Part shown: positions 40,541-54,380 of the stretch, piece after piece
Layout of the letters: each line of letters begins with the position of its first letter
Numbering within the stretch: position 1 is the stretch's first letter
Origin: Octopus bimaculoides
Taxonomy: Eukaryota
Assembly: GCF_001194135.2 (NCBI RefSeq)
Contig: NC_068998.1
Location: 50,154,364-50,218,363 of the forward strand
Length of the DNA: 64,000 bases
Reading direction: 5' to 3'
The notes under the pieces: generated by a model
What the model saw: the letters and a program-made list of their open reading frames with translations, nothing else
Told to the model about the DNA's origin: nothing
Databases searched by the model: none
Program-made: the position numbers and the translations under genes

Positions 40541-41906
40541 TGTATCCATATCTATATCTCTCTGTTTCTCCCCCCTCTCTCCATCTCCCTATATTTATAT
40601 AAGGATATTCGGTATAAATTTGAGTTTGCATAAAAGGAAGACAAAACAATATTCATTATTCCAGTCAACAATAAAAGTAGTTTAAACTATCAAAAGTATC
40701 GACTAGAATACAGTTAGGAGATAGCAGTTTAGTCTAATAGCCTCTGTCTACTTACAGCATTAAGCTTATCCAAGCTTAATACGCCAACAACCAGGGTTAA
40801 ATGTAATACTAATGTATCCATCAATGCGGCCTTTCCTGTGTTGCTGGAAAGATCTTTGAACACCTTGATCTTGGCTCAAACCAATCTGCTGGTTGCAAGT
40901 GCGACAGTTGTGTTTCGCAAAATCATACCACACATGTTAATTCAAATCGAAAGGATTCCAGCCAGGGAAAGTAAAGTAAGCCAGAAATGGGGACTAGTGA
41001 AGTCGTAAATCTCAGAGGGATTAACAACATTCTTACCCATGTACACATGAGTAAGAATGCTGAGAGCAGAATGTGCGAGGCTCCTGTTTGTCGGCATTTG
41101 GAAAAGGATTAACAAAAGCGATTACTTTTATGAATTTTGTCAAAAGTTTTCATCTCAAATTAGGACCTGTTTCAGAAAATCGAGTATAAATTCCATGCTC
41201 AGCACTTCGAAATTACTTAGACCTTACTGTCAAGTCTAATTTAATAGAGAAAAAAATGAATTTCGTTCACTTGGTAGGAGAACTGACAAATTGTATTCTG
41301 GTAGGTGGCATTAACTCCAAGAGAGAAATGAATGTAAATTAAAGTCAACGATACTTCAACTTCGATTTTCCACAAAACATCATTACTTACGTGATAGACA
41401 GCTGTGAAAATATATTTCTGCCAAAGTACATCAATTTTCTTAGCATATTGTCAGATAAATATGTTTGCAGACACGTACGAATAGCAGACAATATTTATGA
41501 TCTATGTATTTTCCATCAATGCAAACAGCCTGGTGACTATGTTTGTACAATAAAGAAGGATAAGACAGTATTCAGGAAAAATGATCGATTTATTGAAATA
41601 TGTCCGATTCTAGAGAGTGTGAGAGAATCGACACGAGAGATAATAGCAAGAATCAGGAATTCTCCAAAATCGTAATAACAATCGTAAATTCATATTCTGA
41701 AGTGCAGACAAAAGGTATGCTGTCATGAAAATTACCCATCAGTACTACAACTGTCCAAATTTATATTCAGTGGGCAATTTTCTAACACATGCTTAAAGCA
41801 GCATATTAAACGCACATGCATAGAAACACACATATACAAACAAAAATATATACATACTGTATAAGCACTTAAACGTGAATGTGTCTACTTTTAAGTATAT
41901 ATATAT

Positions 41907-41943
<37 letters not shown>

Positions 41944-44211
41944 CATGCATGCATACAGCATACATACATGCATACATACATACATACATACATTCCTGTG
42001 CATATATGCGTTTATGACCTATGTATCTGGAGAATTAGTAGTAGTAAAATTTATGTAAATTTTTATTTATAAACGAAACAAGTTTAACGGTCATAGTACA
42101 AATCAAATTAAATGTAACTAAAAATATGTAAGTGTAACATTGGAATATAGTTTCAAATATAAAGTTTCAAAAATAAGACGTAATAGGAAAGTTCAAATTT
42201 GTGGGAATTAATATTTTGGAAGTAAATCAAAGGAAAGTAGTAAATGAAAATATAAGATAAGTATTTGCTTTATGAAATAAAAAACAAATAAACAAAGAAT
42301 ACAAACCAAATACAAAAATGGCCACTGACTTCCGGAATTCAGGCATTTTTTTTTATTATGACTGAGACACTCTGTACTCACCTTTGCAACATTGAAACCT
42401 CTCTCACTCTCCTCGATATTTTGCAGTGCAAACAAACCGCCTAAAATAGGTTAGCGATATACAAAAATTATATTATACATTAAAATTATTTTATATATGT
42501 TTCGTATTTATTCTAGTTATGAAATATCAGTCAGCTACTTCAGAACAGAAAATGGAAATTTCAATACGAATAGAGTTTCCAAAATAGAAATTATAATTAT
42601 AAAATGTTCACTAAGTGCACATATGCTATTTGGGCACCGACTCGAAGTGTTATAACTGAACGCATCGACCCCCGTACTTATTGTTAAAGCCAATATCTTG
42701 AATTATCGTTTCATTCCGCTGAACCGTTAAGTTACTGGTGCGGAACCACACTCACAACGGTCGTCAAAAGCTGGTGGGGGACCAAAATTTTACATTCAAA
42801 CGAAACAGGCTGAATGGAATATGGAAGATCTTAAAGCAGTGCTAAACAAATGTCAACGAAGGAAAAATAAAAAATTACATTTTTGGCCAAAATAATGCAC
42901 ATGATTCTCTTGGTACATCACACAGTTAGCAACCAGGCGTTGCAATATGCGAAAGATGATTGAATCAAATGCCAGGCATATTACTCCCCTCCCTCATTTA
43001 ACCAACAATGTAATCCAATGAGTAACAAAAATCAGTGCTGGCTATAATTATTTCTGTAGAATATTTGTGGACATACGATTAACAGAATTATATAAAGCGT
43101 ACTACTAGCGTGATATAACATGATATCAAATTATTAAAATGTTTAATATACTTTGTAGTATGATATGTCTGTTTAGCGAAATACCATGTACCTACAAATC
43201 ATTAGCAGATACGTACCAGCATCCAAGAAATCGTTTAATATGCAAATTGGTATAATCCATCAATTTACACCGCTATGTATAGTGGCTGTTTAAGCAATGC
43301 TTTTGCGGATAATGCATTGGTTAGTTGGGTGCGGATAAAGTGGCAAATGTCCACGAAATATGCTATATACGCTCATTATCAATATTTCTTCTTTGATTTC
43401 ATTGTTTCTTTACATATGATGTCTTGTATACGAAACGTTGTAGCAAAAATGAATTCTGGCTACAATGTTTATAGAATGTCTGTCGAAATAACCTTCGCAA
43501 AATAATGTAAAGTGCCGTGATAACGCAGTAGACCATGGTATTGACTTCTAAGAAACATTTAATATACTGAACATATATANNNNNNNNNNNNNNNNNNNNN
43601 NNNNNNNNNNNNNNNNNNNNNNNNNNNNNNNNNNNNNNNNNNNNNNNNNNNNNNNNNNNNNNNNNNNNNNNNNNNNNNNNNNNNNNNNNNNNNNNNNNNN
43701 NNNNNNNNNNNNNNNNNNNNNNNNNNNNNNNNNNNNNNNNNNNNNNNNNNNNNNNNNNNNNNNNNNNNNNNNNNNNNNNNNNNNNNNNNNNNNNNNNNNN
43801 NNNNNNNNNNNNNNNNNNNNNNNNNNNNNNNNNNNNNNNNNNNNNNNNNNNNNNNNNNNNNNNNNNNNNNNNNNNNNNNNNNNNNNNNNNNNNNNNNNNN
43901 NNNNNNNNNNNNNNNNNNNNNNNNNNNNNNNNNNNNNNNNNNNNNNNNNNNNNNNNNNNNNNNNNNNNNNNNNNNNNNNNNNNNNNNNNNNNNNNNNNNN
44001 NNNNNNNNNNNNNNNNNNNNNNNNNNNNNNNNNNNNNNNNNNNNNNNNNNNNNNNNNNNNNNNNNNNNNNNNNNNNNNNNNNNNNNNNNNNNNNNNNNNN
44101 NNNNNNNNNNNNNNNNNNNNNNNNNNNNNNNNNNNNNNNNNNNNNNNNNNNNNNNNNNNNNNNNNNNNNNNNNNNNNNNNNNNNNNNNNNNNNNNNNNNN
44201 NNNNNNNNNNN

Positions 44212-44261
<50 letters not shown>

Positions 44262-44859
44262 TGTGTATGTGTGTGTGTGTGTGTATACACATATATATAT
44301 GCGTGTGTGTGTGTGTGTGTGTATGGGTGTGTGCGTGTGTATATACATACACACATATTTGTGTGTGTGTGTGTATATATATATATATTAGATATATACT
44401 GTCTGTGTGTTTCATTCTTTGTTTGTCCACGCAGTGGGACAACCTGGATTAATGTGGTTGGGAAGCAAACTTCTGAGACAGCCGTACCCGTGCCTGTGTT
44501 TGTTCCTTACATCGTTTGAATATACGATCTTAATATTAGAAACATTCATTATCTGACGTATCAATTCCCAATGGAAACTCACCATGTATTTGTCTCCTAA
44601 AATATTTGTAATATCCAACGACATATTAGATTTTGTCAGTATTTAAATAAATAACGAAAGACATAAATTTTAAGAAGTCGGACATAAATTTTAAGAAGAC
44701 AAACATTTCACCACAGTAATAAGAAATACATTGAATTAATAAATTATAAAAGTCCAAGTTAACATGTGTTACTGAATATTTCAAACTTAAAATAAAAGTA
44801 TTGAAGATGCATAAATAAATGATTACATTTTCCGACTAGCGTGAGGAAGGGGCAAAATC

Positions 44860-45170
44860 ATGAGAATCCTTATTCTACTTTCATTTGTTCTTCTCTTTGG
44901 TATGTAGAAACAGGAAAACTATTTCCTTTTTTATGTCTGATATATCGGTAATTTTCGTATATGATATTATAATATTACATATTATATATTGATAATATTC
45001 GTATGTCTCTTCATCAACATGTCTTGCAAGCTCTCAATGACATGATCATTTTATTGTAAATTTATATCTAAGCCTCTATATTTTTTATCTATCAGTTTAT
45101 CTCACACATTTATTTAGACACCTACAGTTTGAATATATACTTCTCATTTTATATATTTCACACACAGTTA

Positions 45171-45226
<56 letters not shown>

Positions 45227-48200
45227 GCGTAAAACTAATACAGTTGCTTCTTGTTACTACACCTGTCTTCCTATTTTGATTTCAGTGATTTCTCACACTA
45301 TATATATATATATACGTGTGTGTGTGTGTGTGTGTGTATCAGGAAAATAAGAAAATGCTAAAATAATTTTATCATGAAGTACATTTTACTACCGGTTTCA
45401 GTCTTTACGTACTAAATAAGGCTAAGTGTTGTGCAGAGCGTACCAATTGTTTCGCCAACTCACTGCTTTCATCAATTTCATCAAAATCTTCCTGCTGATG
45501 AATATAATCTAAATGTCATTTACGAATATCCATAACAACTTACTAGAAAACAAACCCTGCCTGTTATAGACTGAAAAGCTTATAACTAGCGTAGCACGAC
45601 ATCGGTTCCTCTCTACTCCAAGCTAAAACCAAGCGACAGAACAACACCATGGATACAATAGCAAAACAATGAAACAATTTTTCAAATATGTTTGGACCGA
45701 ATTATAATGCCTTACTTTAATTTGTTCACAAAGTAGTTTCTAAATGTCATTTATTCAGTATATAAAAATACGCCAGTCAAAACACTGCAATTTCTAACTT
45801 ATAGCTGAAGCAGCCATGAAGAATAAATGCTTTAAATTAGAGACGCCAAGATGCAATGCTCTGTACCAGCACTATCTGAGCAATGAAGACACATGCAAGT
45901 ATGTATAATAATTAGATAATAACATAGTGCTTCTATAGCTACTGGATTGTTTTGTCTTATTTCTAGCAAAACTGGTTCTGATTCTTGTTCATTTTAGTGA
46001 GGTATATATGTTTGCCTGTAGGTTGTAGACTTGCGAATTAGCCACCAATACCATATATATGTGTTTGTGTGTGTGGTATTTGTGTGTGTGTGCGTGTGTT
46101 AATGTGTATGCTTATACACACACTTACATACATTACATAAACACATATATACATATACATAGAAACATGTGTGTGTCATGCCTCTGTGTGTCTAAATGTA
46201 CTTCAGAAACAAAAGAGGTTTGTTACTTAGTACTACAAAAGAAAGGTGCTAGAAGTAGCGCCAATCTTTACAGATTTATTACTGCATAGATTTGTTCAAT
46301 TAAATCAAGTAAGGCCATGCTGTAGCATGGCCGCATTGCAATGTCTGTATATATGATTCATATATTTATAAATGATTTAGTAAACGTTGATCGTGATAAT
46401 GCTTAAGGGTATTATGTAACATCCTAGGTGTTGGGCAATCGCCTCACTATTCCTAAATGATGATTTTGAAGGAATGTTCATGGTATTACTGACTCTACAA
46501 CAGAGTGTGACTATCAAAAATATTTCTGCATTTTCACACGATGTCTATAATGCTTTACAATGCACACTAATTATATTTTTATGAATATTGCACCAGTACC
46601 ACTTCCAAATGCACAAGCTGTTAATATCAAAAATATCACCCCACATCAACAACTCGTGAAAATTCAGAAGGACATAAAAATACGCTGTGAGGTACGTGTA
46701 ATTGTGATGAAATAATTGGTGGCGTAAAATAGAGGAAAATAAAAAGAAAATTAAAATTATCCAGCTAGAAATGAATGCGTGGGTTAGCGGAACATACATT
46801 CTACGTTACGAAATTTGTTCGTACATAATTCTTGATACATTAGCGAGGCGTCTAAGTTGAGTAGCTATGTTAGTATTGGGGCTGGTCATATGTATAGAAC
46901 GAAGCCCAAATTTCAACGAACAGAGATGTGTTTTAGCTATGAAATAAATGTGAGACTTATGCCCGTCATAAAAAAAAAAGGAATTATATGCGGACAATCA
47001 CGGGGAAAAGAAAATATGAATAAGTAAGTTATGTTTGGGGGACATCATGCATGCCAAAGTATGCTAGCTCTGTCATGAACATCGTTGTGTAGGCTAGGCA
47101 TACATCTGGTTATCTGCGATATAGAAATGTCCAGCCTCCGAATTCTAATGAACATCCCAAGAGTTCCACTATCATTTGCCAGTGAGTAAGCTGGAGTTAC
47201 TAAATCCAAATTCCGTAAATTAGTTTTTTGTGGCAAAACATTTCGATTTCAGACCATGTTTTGAGACTAAAACGATTCCATTGGGGATAACGTACGTTAA
47301 CCATTCTGAAGCACAGAAAAAGATTATTTACGTCATTTAAACATTTATTGCGTATAATATGTTGTCGAAACCTAGTCTCTGATAACGTTACAGTGAAATG
47401 TTTTAATAATGCAAGTATTTGATTCTTCGTTTTTCTTTATTTTTTTAAATCTATTCGATAAATATTTGAGGACGGTTTTCTGTTTTTCAGAGATTACGTT
47501 GAATTCCTTCGTTGCATTGATTTAGATGACAAAACCTGTAAGGAAAAGTATAAGGTTATGCACGCATGTATCGTGAGTTAATTATTATTCTATATTTGTT
47601 GGGAGACGAGAATATCAGAGAGTTAATCAATACAGGATATATCATATTTCTATCGTTTGTTGATTTTTATTTCAATTTAGACTGGCCTTTGTCAAAGAAA
47701 TGCCACACTTCGATGGTGGAAGCAGCGTAGGTTTTGAATTTGTGCTGCATCGCTTCAACCTTTTCCAATATTGCTAATATACATATTTCCAAATAAGCAC
47801 CAAAGACCGATAGAAGAATGGGTCAAACTGGATGATATATTTGTTACATATTCCAAGGCCATTGTTAGTCAAACTCATGAAGGACGTAGGAAAATGATTA
47901 ATGATTAATGCAAAGAAGAAAGTACTAGTAGACTAATACAGGTTAGTGTTCCCACTGACGTAGGAAAATATTATTCATTAACGAAGAGTAATCATACTTG
48001 TGACATACACGATATATTTTAGAAAATATTCCGAAGATATAACATCTTCTCTCGTTGATTTTCCAATCAATTTAAACTGAGCTTCAACAAAACTCCATCC
48101 ACTGCCGGAGTTGACGTCAACCATCCACATTCTGAGAAAGCCTCTCTCCATATAATAGACCCCTTGGGTCTCTGACTGAGACGCGGTGAGACGATGAAAT

Positions 48201-49539
48201 GAAATGCAAATTAATCGAAAAATAGTACTAATGATATTAGTATTTACTTTGAGTAGAAAAGAATATTAGAGTAGAAAAGGATATTATTATTTACTTTTAA
48301 TCTGAATGTCTCTTATAGTCACTCCCCGAGACACACCCAGTGCCTAGCTCGAGTGAATGGTAAGAGATGTTACAGTATGACTGAAAGATTGCGGAGGGGA
48401 AGTAACGAAATATCTTCAGGTAATACAACACAAACATTTAAAAATGGAGAGGGTTTTTTCTAAGGATGTGGACAATACTTGTAAGGAAACATCTTTTGTA
48501 TTTCTCTGAGACATGCTTCTCCTGAGATCTTTTTCTAGATGTTTCTGACACCACTTTTTTTTTATCATACATTGGACATGTTTTAAGATGCCACATTTTT
48601 TGAATGTCAGTTTCCAAGTCTTTATACTTATTTAGTTTGTCAAATTCCTTTACAGATATGATTTTATCAGTGGGAACACTAACCTGTATTAGTCTACTAG
48701 TATTTTCTTCTTTGCATTAATCATTAATCAGAAAGTGTACATTACTAGCAATATTATAATACGAAATCCAGGTCAACTCATGAAGTTATATTTTTGAAAC
48801 ATATCAAATAATTTAAGAAAATATTCCCTCTTTCGTTTCAGAAACAGGCACTAAAAGGTTCCAGTTGCAAACATAAGGTACGTGATGTCATCTACTGAAT
48901 CAGCATTTTAAGCGATACTATTTAAATTTGCACCAGCATAAATAGATATTATCACATAACTACTTTACTACATTATATTGTAAATAGAATATCAGTGCTT
49001 TATTGATATATAATATTTTCTAAATATATGATAAACGACCTAATAATATTCCTAGGGCAATATCGCAATATAAACGTATCCATTGTTACTTGTAGCAATA
49101 TTATTAACCAATGCTAAAACAATCAATCATATAGGTTATATGATATCAATGTAGTTTATGTTTATGAAAACCGTAGTTTTTCGAAAAGTTATGAAAAATA
49201 TATGCTACAAAACGTGTCATTTTCATAAACGTATAGCAGCATGAAAGATACACGTTTGACATTCAAGAGCGCTCAATGTTGAAATTCCAGTTCATCATTT
49301 ATTTCTGGAGAAAAGGTTTCTGGCAACAACTATAATCTATAATCTATCACTCTGTAATTGCTTTGGCTTCTAAACGAAGTTTCAGATCAAATCCCTTTTC
49401 AGGCAAAGATATTTCACGTATCTAATTTCCGTAAGCATGTATTAAAATATTCTACATTTTTTAACTGTTCTCTTTACAGATTACCTTCAGAGCATCAATC
49501 CTTACTGCAGTTGTGGGTACATTATTAATGCATACCTAA
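44860..49539 (+). CDS. Gene G: secreted Cys-rich, putatively GPI-anchored protein, 101-103 aa
   Basis: Exons 44860-44899, 45805-45898, 47491-47572, 48842(or 48848)-48877, 49480-49539. Translation: MRILILLSFVLLFAEAAMKNKCFKLETPRCNALYQHYLSNEDTCKDYVEFLRCIDLDDKTCKEKYKVMHACI(KQ)ALKGSSCKHKITFRASILTAVVGTLLMHT*. Confidence 0.9.
47896..48729. repeat. 63-bp inverted repeat pair in gene G intron 3
   Basis: 47896-47958 is the reverse complement of 48667-48729 (1 mismatch). The first arm is flanked by the 13-bp direct repeat gacgtaggaaaat (47883-47895 and 47957-47969). Confidence 0.9.
48080..48200 (+). mobile_element. Short degenerate 3' end of an R4/Dong-like retrotransposon
   Basis: Reads TIHILRKPLSI*, similar to TAHILRKILSM* of the 59.9-kb element; it is followed by a related ggtctctg.ctgagac 3' motif. 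Confidence 0.4.
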
Positions 49540-50755
49540 GTAGATTGAATGCTACCATGAAAATATTTCCGTGTGAATCAGAAAATTTGAATGAAGCATC
49601 AGTAATGTGTACTTGAAACATAGTCGCAGCAGGATGTGTTAAACATTTTTTTCTCTTTCTAACGTAATTCTAATAAAGCCACGAGCGTTCAAAAGTCTAC
49701 TTCTCTTATTCTTTTACTGCAACGGAGGCAACAGCTGATGTCATACTGGAGAACAGACTATCTAATTCCCACTAAGTAAATAATACTAAACATTTCCTAA
49801 ACAATGATTTTCAATGCATCTTTCCTCATACGCAGTTTTTGCAGAGAATTCGGCTTGGCAGGAATCGTAGATACGAAGGACCGAATTTAAGACTTAGATT
49901 CCTTTACTTTCCCACCATGTACATCATTCAGTTTCTGTCGCTATATTTTTTTATGTCTGATGCAATGTGCACTTGGGTCAATAGTCTACGTTGTGATGAG
50001 AGTTATGACGCCCCCATTCGAGGGACAGACTGGTCCGAGTAAAGTATAAATAGTAACGATCCGAGTGAGTTCAGAGTTTGGAGTGGTGTGAAGTTCAGGT
50101 TAGTTCACAATGGAGTCAGAAGGTGACGATGTTGTGTCGACGCCCCCATGCAAAGAAGTAGGACGCCCAAGACATATACATAGAGGTAGTCTAGCCGTGG
50201 TAGAGGGGTTGAGTAGCCGTCGTGTAGCGGTTGAGTAGAGATCATCCGAAGGCGCTAGATAGCAGTAGCTTGAGACATAACAGTCGGTTGGTTAGTTCAG
50301 AAGCGAACATTTAAAGAGATGTCAGAAAATGTTTCCTTTACACAAACTACATGACACAAATAAGGTTGTAGGAAAAGATAAAAGAAAAACGGTTTATTAA
50401 AATGTTCAAAATATGTTTGAACTGAAATAACAGCAATAATGTAACAAACAGTTAATGATATGGATTAATAAATATAAACAAGTTCCAGAATATCAGTACA
50501 CCTTACACACCGTGATGTTTAAGAGCATACAGATTGATAATAGAGGTATCCTAAAAAAATCAGCTTGTCGGTGTGTTCTCAGCGGTAATAAAGATGTCAA
50601 GAACTCAACTGTCAGTTAGCATCATTTGAAATCGGATTATGTATGAAAGCAATAATGTTGTTAAAATACCATAATAATAACAAACTTGAAAACCATAGTA
50701 TGTTTTAACTTTATTCAACTAATATATCATTCTATACACATTCAAATACATTCGA

Positions 50756-50805
<50 letters not shown>

Positions 50806-52304
50806 NNNNNNNNNNNNNNNNNNNNNNNNNNNNNNNNNNNNNNNNNNNNNNNNNNNNNNNNNNNNNNNNNNNNNNNNNNNNNNNNNNNNNNNNNNNNNNN
50901 NNNNNNNNNNNNNNNNNNNNNNNNNNNNNNNNNNNNNNNNNNNNNNNNNNNNNNNNNNNNNNNNNNNNNNNNNNNNNNNNNNNNNNNNNNNNNNNNNNNN
51001 NNNNNNNNNNNNNNNNNNNNNNNNNNNNNNNNNNNNNNNNNNNNNNNNNNNNNNNNNNNNNNNNNNNNNNNNNNNNNNNNNNNNNNNNNNNNNNNNNNNN
51101 NNNNNNNNNNNNNNNNNNNNNNNNNNNNNNNNNNNNNNNNNNNNNNNNNNNNNNNNNNNNNNNNNNNNNNNNNNNNNNNNNNNNNNNNNNNNNNNNNNNN
51201 NNNNNNNNNNNNNNNNNNNNNNNNNNNNNNNNNNNNNNNNNNNNNNNNNNNNNNNNNNNNNNNNNNNNNNNNNNNNNNNNNNNNNNNNNNNNNNNNNNNN
51301 NNNNNNNNNNNNNNNNNNNNNNNNNNNNNNNNNNNNNNNNNNNNNNNNNNNNNNNNNNNNNNNNNNNNNNNNNNNNNNNNNNNNNNNNNNNNNNNNNNNN
51401 NNNNNNNNNNNNNNNNNNNNNNNNNNNNNNNNNNNNNNNNNNNNNNNNNNNNNNNNNNNNNNNNNNNNNNNNNNNNNNNNATATATATATATATATACGT
51501 ATGCATGTATATAGTCGACGGGATTCTTTCAGTGTCCGTCTACCAATTACACTGAAAATCCTCAAGTCGGCCCGAGACTATGGTACACAATGTCTGCCCA
51601 ATATACCACACAGTGAGACTGACTATACAGCCAAGATTGTGCCTGAGTCTGTGCCTATAATATTTTCATATTTTTCATAAAAGTTGTTACCATGTGGAAC
51701 ATTCGTTATGAAACGTATCAACTTCCAGTGTTAATTAAGATGTATTTATCTACTAAAATTTTAGTAGACATATTTACTTGTACCAGTATTCAATTAAATA
51801 ACTAGACATAGATATTAAGTCAGACATAAATCTTAAGCAAAAAACCACACATTTCATCACAGTAATAAGAAATACGTTGAATTAATGAATTACAAAAGCC
51901 CAAGTTAACATATGTTACTGCATATTACAAACTTAAAATAAAGGTTTTGAAGATGTATAAAAAAAATAGCATTGGAACTTCCGACTAGCCTGAGGAAGTA
52001 TCAGAACGAGACAACGTATTCTAATTATATTTCTTCTCATTGGTATGTAGAAAGAGGAAGATTATTTCTTCTTTATATGTTTGGTATATCGCTATTCGTA
52101 TATTATATCATAGTATCATAACTTATACATTGATAATATTCGTGTTAATATCGCTCTATCAAAATATCGTGCAAGCTTTCAATCAGTCTAACATTGTATT
52201 CTAAATTTATACTTATGACTCCATGTTGTTTATCTCACAATATATCTGCATATATATATATATGTGTGTGTGTGTGTATGTGTGTGTGTGTGTGTGTGCG
52301 TTTC

Positions 52305-52355
<51 letters not shown>

Positions 52356-52938
52356 NNNNNNNNNNNNNNNNNNNNNNNNNNNNNNNNNNNNNNNNNNNNN
52401 NNNNNNNNNNNNNNNNNNNNNNNNNNNNNNNNNNNNNNNNNNNNNNNNNNNNNNNNNNNNNNNNNNNNNNNNNNNNNNNNNNNNNNNNNNNNNNNNNNNN
52501 NNNNNNNNNNNNNNNNNNNNNNNNNNNNNNNNNNNNNNNNNNNNNNNNNNNNNNNNNNNNNNNNNNNNNNNNNNNNNNNNNNNNNNNNNNNNNNNNNNNN
52601 NNNNNNNNNNNNNNNNNNNNNNNNNNNNNNNNNNNNNNNNNNNNNNNNNNNNNNNNNNNNNNNNNNNNNNNNNNNNNNNNNNNNNNNNNNNNNNNNNNNN
52701 NNNNNNNNNNNNNNNNNNNNNNNNNNNNNNNNNNNNNNNNNNNNNNNNNNNNNNNNNNNNNNNNNNNNNNNNNNNNNNNNNNNNNNNNNNNNNNNNNNNN
52801 NNNNNNNNNNNNNNNNNNNNNNNNNNNNNNNNNNNNNNNNNNNNNNNNNNNNNNNNNNNNNNNNNNNNNNNNNTATATATATAATATATATCAAGATTTA
52901 GTTTTTCATAATAGTATATAGAAATATGTGTGTGTGGC

Positions 52939-52970
<32 letters not shown>

Positions 52971-53790
52971 TGTGTGTCAGTGTGTGTGTGTGTATCTAGG
53001 TATGTATCTATCTCTATATGTATCAATCTATCAATATGAAAATATGTGACTAAATAGTTCTGCCAAATATCGGTTCAGCACTTTGTTCAGCTCAGGACCA
53101 GAATTTGCGAGTTATTCATCAATATCGATAACAACTTACTCTCCCTGTCATCACTGATTACAGAGTGGAAAGTATATAACTCGCGTCGTGCGACACCAGT
53201 TTCTTTCTCCTTCAAGATAAAACCAAGCAACAGAAACCCAACATCGAAACACAACTATGGAAATAAATTGAGATCTTTCGTTAAATGTGTTTGGCCAAAT
53301 TATAATGGGTTAATTTATAATGTTCAGAAAGTAATTTATAGATGTCTTTTATTCAGTATACAAAAATATGCAATCCATAACACTGTAATTTCTAACTTAT
53401 AGGTGATGTAGTTATGGGGGATAAATGCATTTTCTACGAGTGGTCAAGTTGCAAAGATTATGGCTATTGCAGGTAGGTATAATACTTATGCAAAACAGAT
53501 ATCATGCACTACATATATATGTATATATGTTTGTATATATATATATATATATATATNNNNNNNNNNNNNNNNNNNNNNNNNNNNNNNNNNNNNNNNNNNN
53601 NNNNNNNNNNNNNNNNNNNNNNNNNNNNNNNNNNNNNNNNNNNNNNNNNNNNNNNNNNNNNNNNNNNNNNNNNNNNNNNNNNNNNNNNNNNNNNNNNNNN
53701 NNNNNNNNNNNNNNNNNNNNNNNNNNNNNNTATATGTATGTATGTATGTATGTATATATATGATATAAACATTTATAAATATATACATAA

Positions 53791-53834
<44 letters not shown>

Positions 53835-54318
53835 ATGTATGTATTTATATATGCATATATATGTCATATATATGTATGTGTGCGTCTCACGTATAAAATA
53901 GAGATGTGTGTGTATTAGCTTTTCACGTGAAAACGGCTTTACCAATCACTTCCGTACATGGGATCCATGAACATTTTGATCTCGGACATATAATAGGTTC
54001 TTCATTTTGACATGTTGCTTAATTCTTAATAATTTTTAAAAATATATTGCCCTATATTTATTATTCACTACTTTAAAAACTTTCCTCGACGACAACTTCC
54101 GGTATTGACATAAAAACAGTGAAGTCCAAAGTCTCTAGTCCCTCTTTGAATGCTCGCTATTCGTGAACAACTACGATGAATGAATGAAAGAAATATTTAC
54201 GACATTCACAAATTTAAATATACGTTACAAGATAATATATAACGTACTACTATTTATACGATGTTTTCATTCCCCGTTTATCTCATAGCCTGTCTGCAGT
54301 ATTCTTTCTCTCTCACTT

Positions 54319-54320
<2 letters not shown>

Positions 54321-54378
<58 letters not shown>
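54321..54378. repeat. (CT)n microsatellite
   Basis: Directly visible. The window also has many (TA)n and (CA)n tracts, most of them adjoining N gaps. Confidence 0.95.
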
Positions 54379-54380
<2 letters not shown>

